Shown one piece after another: positions 17,613-28,269 of a stretch of 64,000 nucleotides of DNA (the stretch's first letter is position 1; each line of letters opens with the position of its first letter). The stretch comes from an uncultured Chloroflexia bacterium (GTDB lineage Bacteria; Chloroflexota; Limnocylindria; Limnocylindrales; CSP1-4), in the NCBI GenBank assembly GCA_963752475.1, contig CAVVYR010000027.1, positions 1 through 64,000 of the forward strand. The letters run 5' to 3'. The position numbers and the translations under genes were made by a program. The notes beneath the pieces are model-generated. The model was not told the origin of the DNA. It did no database searches and saw only the letters and a program-made list of their open reading frames with translations.

Positions 17613-20236
17613 CGGTCAAGGCGGGGGGCGGCAAGCGGCCACCGTGCTCCAGCTTCACCGGGGCCGATCGTGACCACGACCGCGTCGGCATCGACCCGTT
17701 CCATATCGCGACGCTTGGCCGTGCCGCTGAACGTTACCTCGGAGGCAGTGGCAGGAACGCGCAACTCCGCGGACGTGCCGGGCGGCACCTCGCAATGCAG
17801 CTCGACGACACCCGCGCTGATGTGCCACTCTGCTCCCAGCCTGCCTCGCACCGTGTCGAGCCGTGCCGAGGCGTGGGTCAGGCCGCCACCGATGCGGGGC
17901 CCGAAGACGACGCGATCAGCGCCGACGGCATCGTGATCGACACGGATGCCGGCCACGTACCTGTAGAACCACTCGGCCATCGAACCGAGTGCGCAATGGT
18001 TGAGGGAGTTCATCAGCGGCGTACAGAACCCGGCTTCCTCGGTCCAGCTATCCCAACGTTCCCAGATGGTCGTGGCACCGTTGGCGAGCATATATCCGAG
18101 CGACGGGTAATCGGTGGACCTCGCCGCGGTAGTCGCGACCTCGGGTTCGAGGCAGGAGCCCACCAGCTCCCACGCTAGCGGCGTGCACAGGACACCGGTC
18201 GCCAGGTGTCCTTCAGCCGCAGTGATCGAATCCCTGAACCGCTCCATCGCGAGCGGGCGCAGGTCTGACGGCACAAGCCCGAGGCCGAGCCCCAGTGCAT
18301 AGGCGCTGATCGACCCATCCGCGACCGTCCCGTCAGACGTCACGTAGTGGCGGCCGAATGCACGCTTCGCATCGTCGGCCTGACGTCTGTAGTTCCGGGC
18401 GTCATCGGGCCTGCCGACTGCGTGGGCCATGCCGGACATCGCGTCGGCGCTACGCCAGGCGTACGCCGTTGCGACTGCCTCCGGCGCAGCTTGCGGTCCC
18501 AGGGCTAGCCAGTCCCCGTAGGCCGCGCCAAGTCCACGAGTCCTGTGTCCGTCATCAGAATCGAGCTGGATCTGCGCCAGGAACCGCTTGGCGGGCTCGT
18601 AGGCCTCCATCACCGAAGGGACATCCGCATAGAGTCGCAGCAGTAGTGCCGGCAATAGTACGCCCACATCGGCGTATCCGGGTGCCCCGGCTCGGCCACT
18701 TACGAAGCCGATCCGCGGTGCGGTGTCGGCGAACATGCCGTCCTCGTCCTGGGTGTCGAGGATGTCGCGTAGCCACTTACGGTAGAACGCTGCCGCGTCG
18801 AAGGTCATGGCGGCAAAGGGGGCGATCGCGCCAGCATCACCGAGCCACCCCAGTCGCTCGTCCCGTTGCGGGCAATCTGAAGGGACACTCTGAAGGTTGC
18901 TACGCACGGTCCAGACGACCGCTTCATATGTACGCTGCAACTGCGGGTCGGAGCACTCGAACCAGCCGGTTCGCTCAACTGCCGCGTGGGCCACCTTGGC
19001 GTTGACCGACCCCGGTGCAGGAGCGCGCTCCAAACCGCTGATGCCCACGTAGCGGAAACCGTGGGTCGTGTTCTCTGGTTCGAAGCGGGCCGCATCACCA
19101 GCGCTGGTGACTGCATCCGTCTGGGAGGCCGTGCGGAGAGCCGCGCGGTAGAGTCGCCCGTCTTCCAGCGCCTCAGCGTGTCGGATGGTGACGCTGGTCC
19201 CGCTCGGCAACGCAGGTAGGTCGAGGGCGACCCAGCCGGTGAGGTTCTGACCAGTGTCCAAGATCCAATCCCCCTCGTCGTTCTGCCCGACGAGGTCAAG
19301 CGAGCGTGTCTCGGCAACGCTGATCCCTGCGTCTCGCTGAGCGACCAGGTGTTCCCGCACTGGAGATGTGCGGACAGGCCCCCATCTGCCGTCCGCGCCA
19401 AAGGCGCCCTCATGCCCGCGTCGAAGATCCCAGCTCTCGCCCATCTGGATATCCGCCCACCTGACCCGACCTCGAGCACATTCCCACTGCTCATCGGTGC
19501 CGATGCGACGCCACGAGCCTCCGCTCCACACGTCGAGTCGGGCTAGGAACCGCGGGACGAACCCATAGATGGCGCCCGAACGCCGTGGATCGAAGCCGAC
19601 GTAGCCGGCATACCATCCGTTCGCCAAGGATGCCTCGATCATGTTGCTGCCCGACCGCAGATACGAGGTCACGTCAAGCGCCTGAACCTGCACACGATGC
19701 TGATAGTCGGTCCATCCGGGCGCCAGGTGCTGATCCCCCACGAGAACCCCGTTGACCGCGAGACGATACGTGCCCAGCGCGGTCGCATAGACCACCGCGG
19801 ACGCTGGCGCCCGGTCCAGGTCGAAGGTCCGCCTGAAGAAGGTCGTAGGCGTCAGGTCGCCCACACCGCTGCCAAGAGCATCCGGATCGATGCCAGCCTG
19901 TACCGGACGCTGGTGTGGCGGCTCCAAGTGCGGCCCGACACTGACCCATTGCGATGTCCGAGGAAGGTCGTCCGGCATGATCCGGAACCGGGCAGGCTCA
20001 GACCATGGTCCCGCGTCCCCATCATCGGCGATGTAACGTACCTGCCATCGGAAGCTGTGCCCGGCGTCAGCCTCGGTGAACGGAATCTCGATGCCGATGG
20101 CGCGACCTAGTTGCTGTGGGCCCCACGACCAGGCGGGGCGTTCCATAGCATCGGGACCGTCCGCTGCGCAGCGGAGTTCACAGTGTGTGGCTGTCTCTGG
20201 CCGGGCTCCCGGCCGCCACGATGCGAAGACCGGCAT
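17609..20236 (-). CDS. GH78 alpha-L-rhamnosidase-like glycoside hydrolase
   Basis: PGWTDY, GQNLTGW, HGFRYV, DCPQRDERLGWLGD, ATTIWERW, SLNH. Confidence 0.92.
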   Translation of the reverse strand: MPVFASWRPGARPETATHCELRCAADGPDAMERPAWSWGPQQLGRAIGIEIPFTEADAGHSFRWQVRYIADDGDAGPWSEPARFRIMPDDLPRTSQWVSVGPHLEPPHQRPVQAGIDPDALGSGVGDLTPTTFFRRTFDLDRAPASAVVYATALGTYRLAVNGVLVGDQHLAPGWTDYQHRVQVQALDVTSYLRSGSNMIEASLANGWYAGYVGFDPRRSGAIYGFVPRFLARLDVWSGGSWRRIGTDEQWECARGRVRWADIQMGESWDLRRGHEGAFGADGRWGPVRTSPVREHLVAQRDAGISVAETRSLDLVGQNDEGDWILDTGQNLTGWVALDLPALPSGTSVTIRHAEALEDGRLYRAALRTASQTDAVTSAGDAARFEPENTTHGFRYVGISGLERAPAPGSVNAKVAHAAVERTGWFECSDPQLQRTYEAVVWTVRSNLQSVPSDCPQRDERLGWLGDAGAIAPFAAMTFDAAAFYRKWLRDILDTQDEDGMFADTAPRIGFVSGRAGAPGYADVGVLLPALLLRLYADVPSVMEAYEPAKRFLAQIQLDSDDGHRTRGLGAAYGDWLALGPQAAPEAVATAYAWRSADAMSGMAHAVGRPDDARNYRRQADDAKRAFGRHYVTSDGTVADGSISAYALGLGLGLVPSDLRPLAMERFRDSITAAEGHLATGVLCTPLAWELVGSCLEPEVATTAARSTDYPSLGYMLANGATTIWERWDSWTEEAGFCTPLMNSLNHCALGSMAEWFYRYVAGIRVDHDAVGADRVVFGPRIGGGLTHASARLDTVRGRLGAEWHISAGVVELHCEVPPGTSAELRVPATASEVTFSGTAKRRDMERVDADAVVVTIGPGEAGARWPLAAPRLDR

Positions 20237-20300
20237 CTGGACGATCTCGGGATCATCCAGGTAGTTGGTGCGGAGTCGTACTGCCTTGATGGGTTGCCTC

Positions 20301-21143
20301 CTAACGCATGGCTCCCAGCGCGACGCCTCGCGTGATGAAGCGCTGGAAGAGGATGTAGATCAGGACCACCGGAGCAGTGGCGATGACCAGGCCTGCGAAC
20401 TGCACGCCGAAGTCGGTGGCGTACTGGCCCTTGAACGCCGTGAGCCCAACCGGCAGCGTCTTGCCGTCCGGTGTCAGCAGCAGCACGACCGCGAGCGCAA
20501 GCTCGCTCCACACGAACAAGAGGTTGACCACCGTCACGCCGATCAGCGGACCCTGTGACAGAGGTAGGACCACTCGCCAGAAGGCTCCCATCTCGGAAAG
20601 GCCATCGAGCCTGGCAGACTCGACGAGGTCGAGCGGGAACGATACGAAGTACGCGCGCATCAGGATCACCGTCGTCGGCACGATGAGCGCGGAGTAGATG
20701 AGTGCGATGCCAAGAACGCTATTCCGGATGCCCAGTGCGCCGGTCAGGTCGAACAACGGCACCAGGGTGACGAGAACGGGAACGGTCAGAAGCACGATGA
20801 ACCAGATGTGCATCCATCGGCTTGCGGCGCCGCGAGCCCGGGCGAGGGCGTACGCTGCGAGCGTGCCGACCGAGATACCCAGCAGCAGTGAAACGGAGGA
20901 CGCGACCACCGAGTTCACGAAATAGGTGGCGAGGGGACGCCCTCCTCCGGGGCCGGCCCAGGCATCGGTGTAGTTCTCGAACTTCAGGCTGGCAAGGTCG
21001 ATACCGAACGGATCACGGAAGATCTCGATGTTGGACTTGAGCGACGAGAGCAGCATCCCCGCGAACGGTACGAGGATGATGAGTGTCCACAAGCCAACCA
21101 GGATGACCGCGATCCACGTCCCACGAGTCCACCCTCTAACCAT
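20301..21143 (-). CDS. Carbohydrate ABC permease (MalG-type)
   Basis: ESARLDG EAA loop, TLPVGL, FQRFITRG. Confidence 0.92.
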   Translation of the reverse strand: MVRGWTRGTWIAVILVGLWTLIILVPFAGMLLSSLKSNIEIFRDPFGIDLASLKFENYTDAWAGPGGGRPLATYFVNSVVASSVSLLLGISVGTLAAYALARARGAASRWMHIWFIVLLTVPVLVTLVPLFDLTGALGIRNSVLGIALIYSALIVPTTVILMRAYFVSFPLDLVESARLDGLSEMGAFWRVVLPLSQGPLIGVTVVNLLFVWSELALAVVLLLTPDGKTLPVGLTAFKGQYATDFGVQFAGLVIATAPVVLIYILFQRFITRGVALGAMR

Positions 21144-22043
21144 GACGCTCGATCTGCTGGGGCCGGGAGAGATACAGGTACGTGAGCGAGATCGCGATGA
21201 TGAGAGCGCTGGCTACGACGGCGATCGCCGACGCGTAGCCGAACCGCTGGAACTGGAACGCTTCCTTGTAGATGAGCGTGCCAAGGACCTCGGAGGCGGA
21301 CCCCGGACCGCCCTGGGTCATGACCCAGACGATGTCGAAGATCTTGAACGAGAAGATGATCTGGACCAGGGTGATCGTGGCGAGGACCTCCTTGGCCATC
21401 GGCACGGTCACATATCGCGCCCTGGTGACTGCGCCGGCTCCATCGAGTGTCGCCGCTTCTCCGATCTCCACCGGCTGTGATTTCGAACGCCGCGAGCATC
21501 ACGAGCATCGGGAACCCGGCGAACTGCCAGATCGACACCGCGATGATCACCCACATGACCGTGGCCGGGTCGGACAGCCAGGCGTGCCCGAATCCGGGAT
21601 CGATCAACGCCAGCGCCTTGTTGACGACGCCGAACGATGGGTCGAGCGCATTGGTCCAGAAGATGGCGACGACGGTGATGGGGATCGTCACCGGCAGGAA
21701 CAGGACGACCCGGAAGAAGCGCCACGCAGGGATGTGTTGGTGCAGCGCCAGCGCGAGCAGCGTGCCCAGGCCGACCGTTCCGGCCGTCGCGAGCACGGCG
21801 AACAGAAGGTTGTTGGTGGCTGCATTGACGAACGATGGGTCGCCGGCCAACTCCGCGAAGTTGTCCGTTCCCGCGGGTGAAGCCTGGCCGAGCCCGTCCC
21901 AGTCCAGGAAGCTCAGTCGCAGGGACTCGACGATGGGGTAGAGGATGAAGGCGGCCGTCAAGGCGATCGCCGGGACCGCCATGAGCATGATCCGATCGGA
22001 TGCCGGCTTCCGGCTCCGATGAGTGATGGTCACGTGCTCATGA
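21136..22043 (-). CDS. Carbohydrate ABC permease (MalF-type), frameshift near 21480
   Basis: ORFs 20984..22054 and 21136..21471 join; EAATLDGA, MTQGGPG. Confidence 0.88.
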
Positions 22044-22096
22044 GCAGCTGCCACGCCTGCACCAATGCGCGACAGCCGCTCATCTCGCTACTCGGC

Positions 22097-23416
22097 TCAC
22101 TCGCCGGAGCGCAGTCCTTCTGCGATCGCCTCGAACTCAGTGCCGACCTGCTCCGGCGACTTGGTGCCAGTCAGGATCTCCGCGTAGAGCGGCGCCGCCG
22201 CCTCACCGAGTGCGGGCGGTACGACATCTCCCCATAGCGTCGACACGCCGTACTCGGGCATCGCCGCCAGCATCTCGGCCAGCATCGGGTGGACAGCCAG
22301 CGACGCTACATCGATATCCTGGCGGGCCGGTACGCCGAACTGCGGGATGATCTGCTCCTGGACATCCTTGTCCATGAGGAACGACACGAACAGCTTGGCA
22401 GACTCCTTGTCATCGCTAGCCTTGGGCACGACGTAGGCGTTTCCGGCGTAGGCCAGGAATGGGGTCGGTTGCTCGCCGAGAGACGGATACAGGAACCATC
22501 CGTACTCGAAGGGGACCTCTTGGGCGTCCAGGATCCCCGGATGCCACGATCCGCCGGACATCATCGCCGCGCCGCCGGCGAGGAACAGTGCCATCGCTTG
22601 GTCCGCGGTGGCGGCTGGCGTACCGGGAGCGAAGACGCCGTCCTCCTGCCACTGCGCCAGGACCTCAAGGCTGGAAAGGAATGGTGGCTGATCGTAGTGA
22701 ACCGAGGGATCCGATCCCGGTCGCCAGTTGTTCAGGTAGTCCGTGAACTCATCGTCTGTCGCGGCGGTCACGAGCAGCTGATCGGGGATGTGCTTGGCCG
22801 GGTAGCCATCGCCGACACCGACGGCGAGCGGCGCGACTCCTGCGTCCTTGAGCGCCGTCACGACGGCATCCCACTCATCGAGTGAAGCGAGTCGACCATC
22901 CGGGGGCGCGATACCGGCCGCCTCGAATAGCTCCTTGTTGTAGTACACGACAGGGGCCCACACGAAGTCGGTATGGACCGCATAGCGACTGCCATCTTCC
23001 TCGGTGTACAGGCCCTTGACGGTGTCCGAGTATGCCGAGTCTAGGTCCATCTCGGCCCAGACATCATCGAGCGGCTCGAGCACGTCATTCTCGATCAGCC
23101 CCGGGTAGATGCGGGCGTCGTTCCACATCCAGCCGACATCGGGCGCATCCGACGACGCGTACAGTCGAGCCGAGTTGTTGCGCAGGTCGTCATTGCCGGT
23201 CACGTTGAGCGTCACATCGACCCCTGGATACCGGGCCTCGAACTCAGGGACGATGGCCCCGAGAGCATCCGCCTGTGCACCCTGGAGGGTGAGGACCGTG
23301 ATCGAGCCGGAGGGCTCGCCCATCGATCCATCAGCTTCGTCCTGTGCTGCCACGGGGGCTGATGCGGCCATCAGCAGGGCAGCCACCGATACCGGGACCA
23401 TCCAGCGGTTCACCAT
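22097..23416 (-). CDS. Carbohydrate ABC substrate-binding protein
   Basis: Signal peptide ..APVAAQD, YYNKELF, aggagg RBS. Confidence 0.92.
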   Translation of the reverse strand: MVNRWMVPVSVAALLMAASAPVAAQDEADGSMGEPSGSITVLTLQGAQADALGAIVPEFEARYPGVDVTLNVTGNDDLRNNSARLYASSDAPDVGWMWNDARIYPGLIENDVLEPLDDVWAEMDLDSAYSDTVKGLYTEEDGSRYAVHTDFVWAPVVYYNKELFEAAGIAPPDGRLASLDEWDAVVTALKDAGVAPLAVGVGDGYPAKHIPDQLLVTAATDDEFTDYLNNWRPGSDPSVHYDQPPFLSSLEVLAQWQEDGVFAPGTPAATADQAMALFLAGGAAMMSGGSWHPGILDAQEVPFEYGWFLYPSLGEQPTPFLAYAGNAYVVPKASDDKESAKLFVSFLMDKDVQEQIIPQFGVPARQDIDVASLAVHPMLAEMLAAMPEYGVSTLWGDVVPPALGEAAAPLYAEILTGTKSPEQVGTEFEAIAEGLRSGE

Positions 23417-23432
23417 GTCGCTTCCTCCTTGC

Positions 23433-23528
23433 TGGGCAAGCGCTTGCCCACTCCTGCGGCTCACGGTAGCCGAGGGGCCTCCTCGCTGTCAAACCCCGCT
23501 CGGGAACCCTCGAGAGGCGATCGCCGCC
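23433..23528 (-). promoter_or_regulatory. Sigma70 promoter plus LacI operator cassette, copy A
   Basis: TTGACA-18-TACCGT then the palindrome TGGGCAAGCGCTTGCCCA (23433-23450). Confidence 0.8.
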
Positions 23529-23802
23529 TGCTGCAGCCGCCGGTGGCCTCGACCCTCTTCTCGAAGAGCCCGATATGCGGGTCAGTGAGCTCTGTCTCGG
23601 TGGCCGCTCCCTGGGTGGTCGCGAGCGACGCTCGACGACCAAGTGGTCGGCCCTGCGGTTCGTGCCGCAGAGCGCCGCGGTCGCGCGACAGCTGCCGAGC
23701 TCCGCACACGGTGCCGGTACGTGTCGCCGAACGGCTCACACTTCACCCGCGGGGCGCGGAGTGTCACAGCCGGCCGGCGGTGCGAGAACTCGCGCAGCTC
23801 GC

Positions 23803-25920
23803 TCAGGGTGTGCGGCGCAGCACGACGTACTCGCTGATGCTCAGCCCGTCTAGGGTGACCTCGAGGCGCCCTCCGACATCCTCGAGGCTGAGCTCCTCGT
23901 TGGCACCCCGTATGGCCTGCGCCACAGGCAACACGTCGCGATCTAGGCTGATGCGAATGGGTCCTAGCACGAGCGGCCGCCCAGGCGGTGGAAGTCGCCG
24001 AGGGTCACCGGCGTGATAGTCGACCAAGTGCAGCACCCACCGATCGCCGTGGTCCTGGAGTACGAGCGCCACACCTGGCGGCGCGTCCGTCGTCAGCATT
24101 GGATCAGGGAGGAGATGACGAACGAGGTTGTCGGCGATTCGCCTCGTCCAAGCGCTCTCAAGGCCCTCGGTCCCTCGGCCGGGGGCCTCCGGCTCGTCAC
24201 CATCAAGCGGGACGCCGATGTAGACGGAACAGCCAAGCCCTTCCTCGCGTTCGATCCCGATCACCATCGTGTCGCTTTCGTCGGGTGGCGGGTATCCGTA
24301 CAGGACAGTCGATCCGTCGGTAAACGGCCGCACGGGCGGCGATCCCCACAGGACCGGCCGACCATCACTCACCGCAAGCCGGCGAGCCTCGCGATTGATC
24401 GCGATCGGAGCGGCAGTAAGACCATCGCTGAAGGCTTCATCCACCGAAGTGACGTAGGTGATGGGTTGACCCGTTCGACCCACGTTCTCTGCACCGAAGA
24501 CATCGGCCAGGGCGAAGTCGGGATGCGGTCGACCCCGGCCGTCGCTCAACGACGCATCGCCCGTGGCCAGCAGCGCGCCTCCGGCGCGAACGTAGCTACG
24601 AATCGCTACGACCTCTGCGTCGGACATGGCCACCTGATCGGGCAGGATCACAAGCCGGTAGCCGGACAGATCGACGTTGAGCCCGCCGACGTCGTAAAGA
24701 TGATGGCCGTCACGCAGGATGTCGTTCCAGTACTCGATGGCCTCGAACATCCGACCCCACTGACGGGGCGCGTCCAAGGGCTTGATGGTCGAGGCGAGCA
24801 AGATCTCGGCCACGTTGCGGGCACCCGTCGCGTGCGGCTCCAGCTGCCGGAGCCGGCCGTTGACGGGCTTGACCTCTGCAAGCTGGGCTGCATCCGATGG
24901 AGCGCTAGGGTTCGGAGCATGGCCGAAGACCATCGATCCGCCATGGCTTGAGGCCACGCTGCTCTCGACTCGGAGCACGACTTCGGGCTTGGGGTCTAGG
25001 CCATTCCAGCCACCTGGTGACGATGGAAGCGCTCCGGCGCTGAGGACCTCGAAGGGCTGGCCTCGCCCGCGCGCCCAGCGCCCGATGATGTCCTGCCGGC
25101 TGTAGTAGGGCGCATGGCCCTCTATTGATACGAGATCGGATGCGTCGAGGGCGTCACCAGGTGCGCCCGCTGCGTTGTAGGTCAGGATCGCCCCGGGTCG
25201 GTATTCGCGCAGGAGGCCTCGGGCTCGCTCCACGAGATCTCGCGAGGCGCTGAGGCCGAACTCGAAGAGGAGGCGTTCATCATCCTCGTCGGGGGACAGC
25301 GGGATGCTACGACCGTATTCTTCGGCGAACTGCGTGCGGCAGTAGTAGCAGTAGCAGGGCACCACATCGGCGATCATCCAGAGATTCGGCTTGTCGCCGA
25401 TAGTGGGATCCGTGAGGGCCGAGTTCGTATACGCAGACGGCCATGCGATGGGAATGATGTCCAGCCACAGTCCGTCGATGTCGTAGCCCTTCACGAGCTC
25501 CTCGATCTGTGCCAGCACGAGATCCCGATAGGGAGAGCGCAGGCACAGCCATGTGAATGTACCCGTGACCCGGGCCCGTCCCCGTACGTCGGTCGCGGCC
25601 CAATCGCGATGCAGCCCAACGAGGTACTGATCGAAGCAGATGCTCACATAGGCGATGAAGCGCATACCGCGCTCGCGCGTCGCCGCCACCGCCTCGGCCA
25701 CGACATCGCGCGGATACTTGATGCCATGGTCGGAAGGGAAGTAGACGTGGCCGTGATGGTCCTTGCAATAGAGCTCGATACAGTCGAACCCGGCATCGGC
25801 CAGGGCTGCGACCAAGCCATCCGCCGCAGACGAACTGCCGCGATCGGTGACCCACTCGGGCGATACGTAGAGGATGTGGCTCTTGCGCAGGCTTGCCCCG
25901 AACCAGGCATTGTCAACCAT
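23803..25920 (-). CDS. Putative glycoside hydrolase (GHL6/alpha-fucosidase-like TIM barrel plus class I glutamine amidotransferase-like domain)
   Basis: YCKDHHGHVYFPS, YDIDGLWLD, CYCYYC, LVILPD..YVRAGGALLATG. Confidence 0.75.
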   Translation of the reverse strand: MVDNAWFGASLRKSHILYVSPEWVTDRGSSSAADGLVAALADAGFDCIELYCKDHHGHVYFPSDHGIKYPRDVVAEAVAATRERGMRFIAYVSICFDQYLVGLHRDWAATDVRGRARVTGTFTWLCLRSPYRDLVLAQIEELVKGYDIDGLWLDIIPIAWPSAYTNSALTDPTIGDKPNLWMIADVVPCYCYYCRTQFAEEYGRSIPLSPDEDDERLLFEFGLSASRDLVERARGLLREYRPGAILTYNAAGAPGDALDASDLVSIEGHAPYYSRQDIIGRWARGRGQPFEVLSAGALPSSPGGWNGLDPKPEVVLRVESSVASSHGGSMVFGHAPNPSAPSDAAQLAEVKPVNGRLRQLEPHATGARNVAEILLASTIKPLDAPRQWGRMFEAIEYWNDILRDGHHLYDVGGLNVDLSGYRLVILPDQVAMSDAEVVAIRSYVRAGGALLATGDASLSDGRGRPHPDFALADVFGAENVGRTGQPITYVTSVDEAFSDGLTAAPIAINREARRLAVSDGRPVLWGSPPVRPFTDGSTVLYGYPPPDESDTMVIGIEREEGLGCSVYIGVPLDGDEPEAPGRGTEGLESAWTRRIADNLVRHLLPDPMLTTDAPPGVALVLQDHGDRWVLHLVDYHAGDPRRLPPPGRPLVLGPIRISLDRDVLPVAQAIRGANEELSLEDVGGRLEVTLDGLSISEYVVLRRTP

Positions 25921-26120
25921 CAGCGGAACGCTCCAAACGTGATGCCCTTCGTGGCCTTTCGCTGGACCACGAGGTAGGTGAGACACTGGCCCGGAAGCTC
26001 AGCAGACCGATCGGTAGCACACCGCGGTGCAGTCCCTCGAACTCGTCCACAGACGCCTCCATGTGGGCGGCCAGAGGACCGACCATTCCAGCGGTTCGCC
26101 CAATATCGCTCTTCCCCTCG

Positions 26121-26217
26121 GTTGGGCAAGCGCTTGCCCAACACTTGGGCACACGCTAGCCGAGGGGCCTCCTCGGTGTCAATCCCCCCCGGGGAAGCCT
26201 AGAGAGGCGTTCGCCGC
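26121..26217 (-). promoter_or_regulatory. Sigma70 promoter plus LacI operator cassette, copy B
   Basis: TTGACA-18-TAGCGT then the 22-bp palindrome GTTGGGCAAGCGCTTGCCCAAC. Confidence 0.8.
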
Positions 26218-26278
26218 ATCGCGCTATCCACACTTGGCCGAACCGCCCATGAACCGGCCGAGGAGTGATCAGCCGGCG

Positions 26279-27313
26279 TCACATGCTCGAATCTCGGACG
26301 ACCAGCGTCGTCGGGAAAGTGACCTTCCTTGGGCTGGTGAGCTTCCCAGACAGCGTGTCCAGCAGCAGCTTGGCCGTTTCGGCTCCCATCTCCTCCATCG
26401 GTTGCCGGATCGTGGACAGTCGCGGCGTTGACGAGGCAGCCAGCGGCACGTCATCGAACCCCACGACTGCGATGTCGTCGGGCACACGTCGCCCGAGCTC
26501 GCGGATCCGCTCGATGGCAGCCACGGCCATCCAGTCGGATGCTACGACGAGCCCGTCGATGTCAGGGTGTCGCTCGAGGAGCGTCGCAGTCGCCGCCCGA
26601 CCACCCTCCGGACTGAAGTAGCCGTACTCCACGCGACTGTCATCAGCCTCGTACCCGGCTTCGATGAGCGCGGCTCGGAACCCGGCGATGCGTGCTGTCG
26701 TCGTTCGGCTTCCCGGCGGCCCGGCGATATGTGCCAGTGACCGTCGGCCCGAGCGCAGCAGGTGCTCGGTAGCGTCCTCACTTCCCCCTCGCTCGTCAAT
26801 CACGACGGAACTCAAGCGTGGGTCAGCGTCATGGCTGCCGATGATGACGACCGGAAAGCCCCGCTCGACCAGCGCACTGTGGACCGAGCTGCCCTCATCC
26901 ACAGCGGATGCGATCACCCCATCCACGGACCCGGCGCCGATGAAGCGGAGCGCTCGTTCTTCCTCTGCTTCCGACTCTGGTAGCAGGAGCAGTGGTTGCA
27001 TGCCGCCATCGACGAGTGTGCGCGTGATGCCTCGCAGCTGAGCCGGAAAGAGCGGGCTTTCGAAGAGATGGCGGCCGACCTCCTCGAGCACGACGGCGAC
27101 ACAGTCCGTGCGACCACGGGCAAGGCCACGTCCAGGGGCACTGGCCACGTAGCCGAGCTGGCGTACCTCCGCCTCGACCCGCCGCTTCAGTGCCGGATCG
27201 ACCCGTCGCGTTCCATGCACGACCCGGGAAACTGTCGCCGTGGAGACGCCCGCGGCTCGGGCGACGTCCGCAAGCGTTACCCCGCGTGTTCTCCTCGTGT
27301 CTGACGTCTCCAC
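26279..27313 (-). CDS. LacI family regulator
   Basis: TLADVARAAGVSTATVSRV; VPDDIAVVGFDD. Confidence 0.95.
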   Translation of the reverse strand: METSDTRRTRGVTLADVARAAGVSTATVSRVVHGTRRVDPALKRRVEAEVRQLGYVASAPGRGLARGRTDCVAVVLEEVGRHLFESPLFPAQLRGITRTLVDGGMQPLLLLPESEAEEERALRFIGAGSVDGVIASAVDEGSSVHSALVERGFPVVIIGSHDADPRLSSVVIDERGGSEDATEHLLRSGRRSLAHIAGPPGSRTTTARIAGFRAALIEAGYEADDSRVEYGYFSPEGGRAATATLLERHPDIDGLVVASDWMAVAAIERIRELGRRVPDDIAVVGFDDVPLAASSTPRLSTIRQPMEEMGAETAKLLLDTLSGKLTSPRKVTFPTTLVVRDSSM

Positions 27314-27507
27314 AGCGCTCGTCCTCCCTCGGGCGAGGGTACCAGCGGCTCAGGAGGTCTTGTGGCGCTGCTTCACCACTGCAAGTGCCTTCCGAGCTGG
27401 CCAGCTCGGGCGTGTGGCCGAACTCGGCTTGGATGGCGGCCAGGTCGGCCGTCGCCGACTCGCGGATCTGCGCCGCGAAGGGGCTGCTCTTGGTAGCTCG
27501 GCCGCGC

Positions 27508-27800
27508 TCAGCGGTACTCGTCGATGGCCTCGAACACAGCCTCGGTATCCTGCGACCGCACGTCGCGCGGCATGCTGTGCGCCGTGGCGAAGACGAAGCC
27601 ACCACCGGTTGTGAGGCCTCGATGTTGGCCCGCACGTGACTGCGAACCTCGCCGGGCGTGCCCGTGGGCCGGAAGCCCAACTCACGCGCCGCCGCCATCA
27701 CGCGTGCGCCGTCTCGGAGCGTACCCCGGGCTCGTGATTGACGACCCGCGATACGGTCTTGAGGTTGACTCCGGCCACGCTGCCTCACGCGGAAGCGACA
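27508..27800 (-). pseudogene. Chimeric relic: LacI HTH joined to a URO-D-family C-terminus
   Basis: GVNLKTVSRVVN..AARELGFRP runs into PTGTPGEVR..GGFVFATAHS..EAIDEYR*. Confidence 0.65.
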
Positions 27801-28073
27801 GAATGACAGCACTGTCATCCTCCAGGTGGCGACCAAGCCAGCTCCAAGGATGACACGACCCGTACTCCTGCGGGCATGCACCGGTCTAGGAGCCGCCGGA
27901 GCCCAGATCGGCGGCGGGGGATGTAGGGACGCGGGCGCCGAGAGGGAAACGCCGACTGCTCCCAGTGGCGAAGGCGCTGGCCGGGCCGATGCCCTCGACC
28001 CGGCCAGACGCAGGAGGAGGGGAGGACGCGCGCCTCCAGACTACCGGAATAGCCGTCCACGCCGAGAATACAC

Positions 28074-28102
28074 TTGACACTCGATGACCGATGCTCGAGT
28101 AT
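28074..28102 (+). promoter_or_regulatory. Regulon motif site 1 (TTGAC plus TCGA repeats)
   Basis: TTGACACTCGATGACCGATGCTCGAGTAT; similar sites at 44096, 46082 and 49441. Confidence 0.7.
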
Positions 28103-28269
28103 TCGTCCCGATTGCTAGTCCGGCGTTCGACGACACCGTGGCTGGCAGATCTCACGCACATGTCTGACCTGGAGCTCGAGGGGAGGTGCTTCTGGGGAAA
28201 TGCGCTCGCATACGGATCGGTCGACCGCCGACGGATCCGGCCTAGCAATGTGGACACGCAACAACGGAG

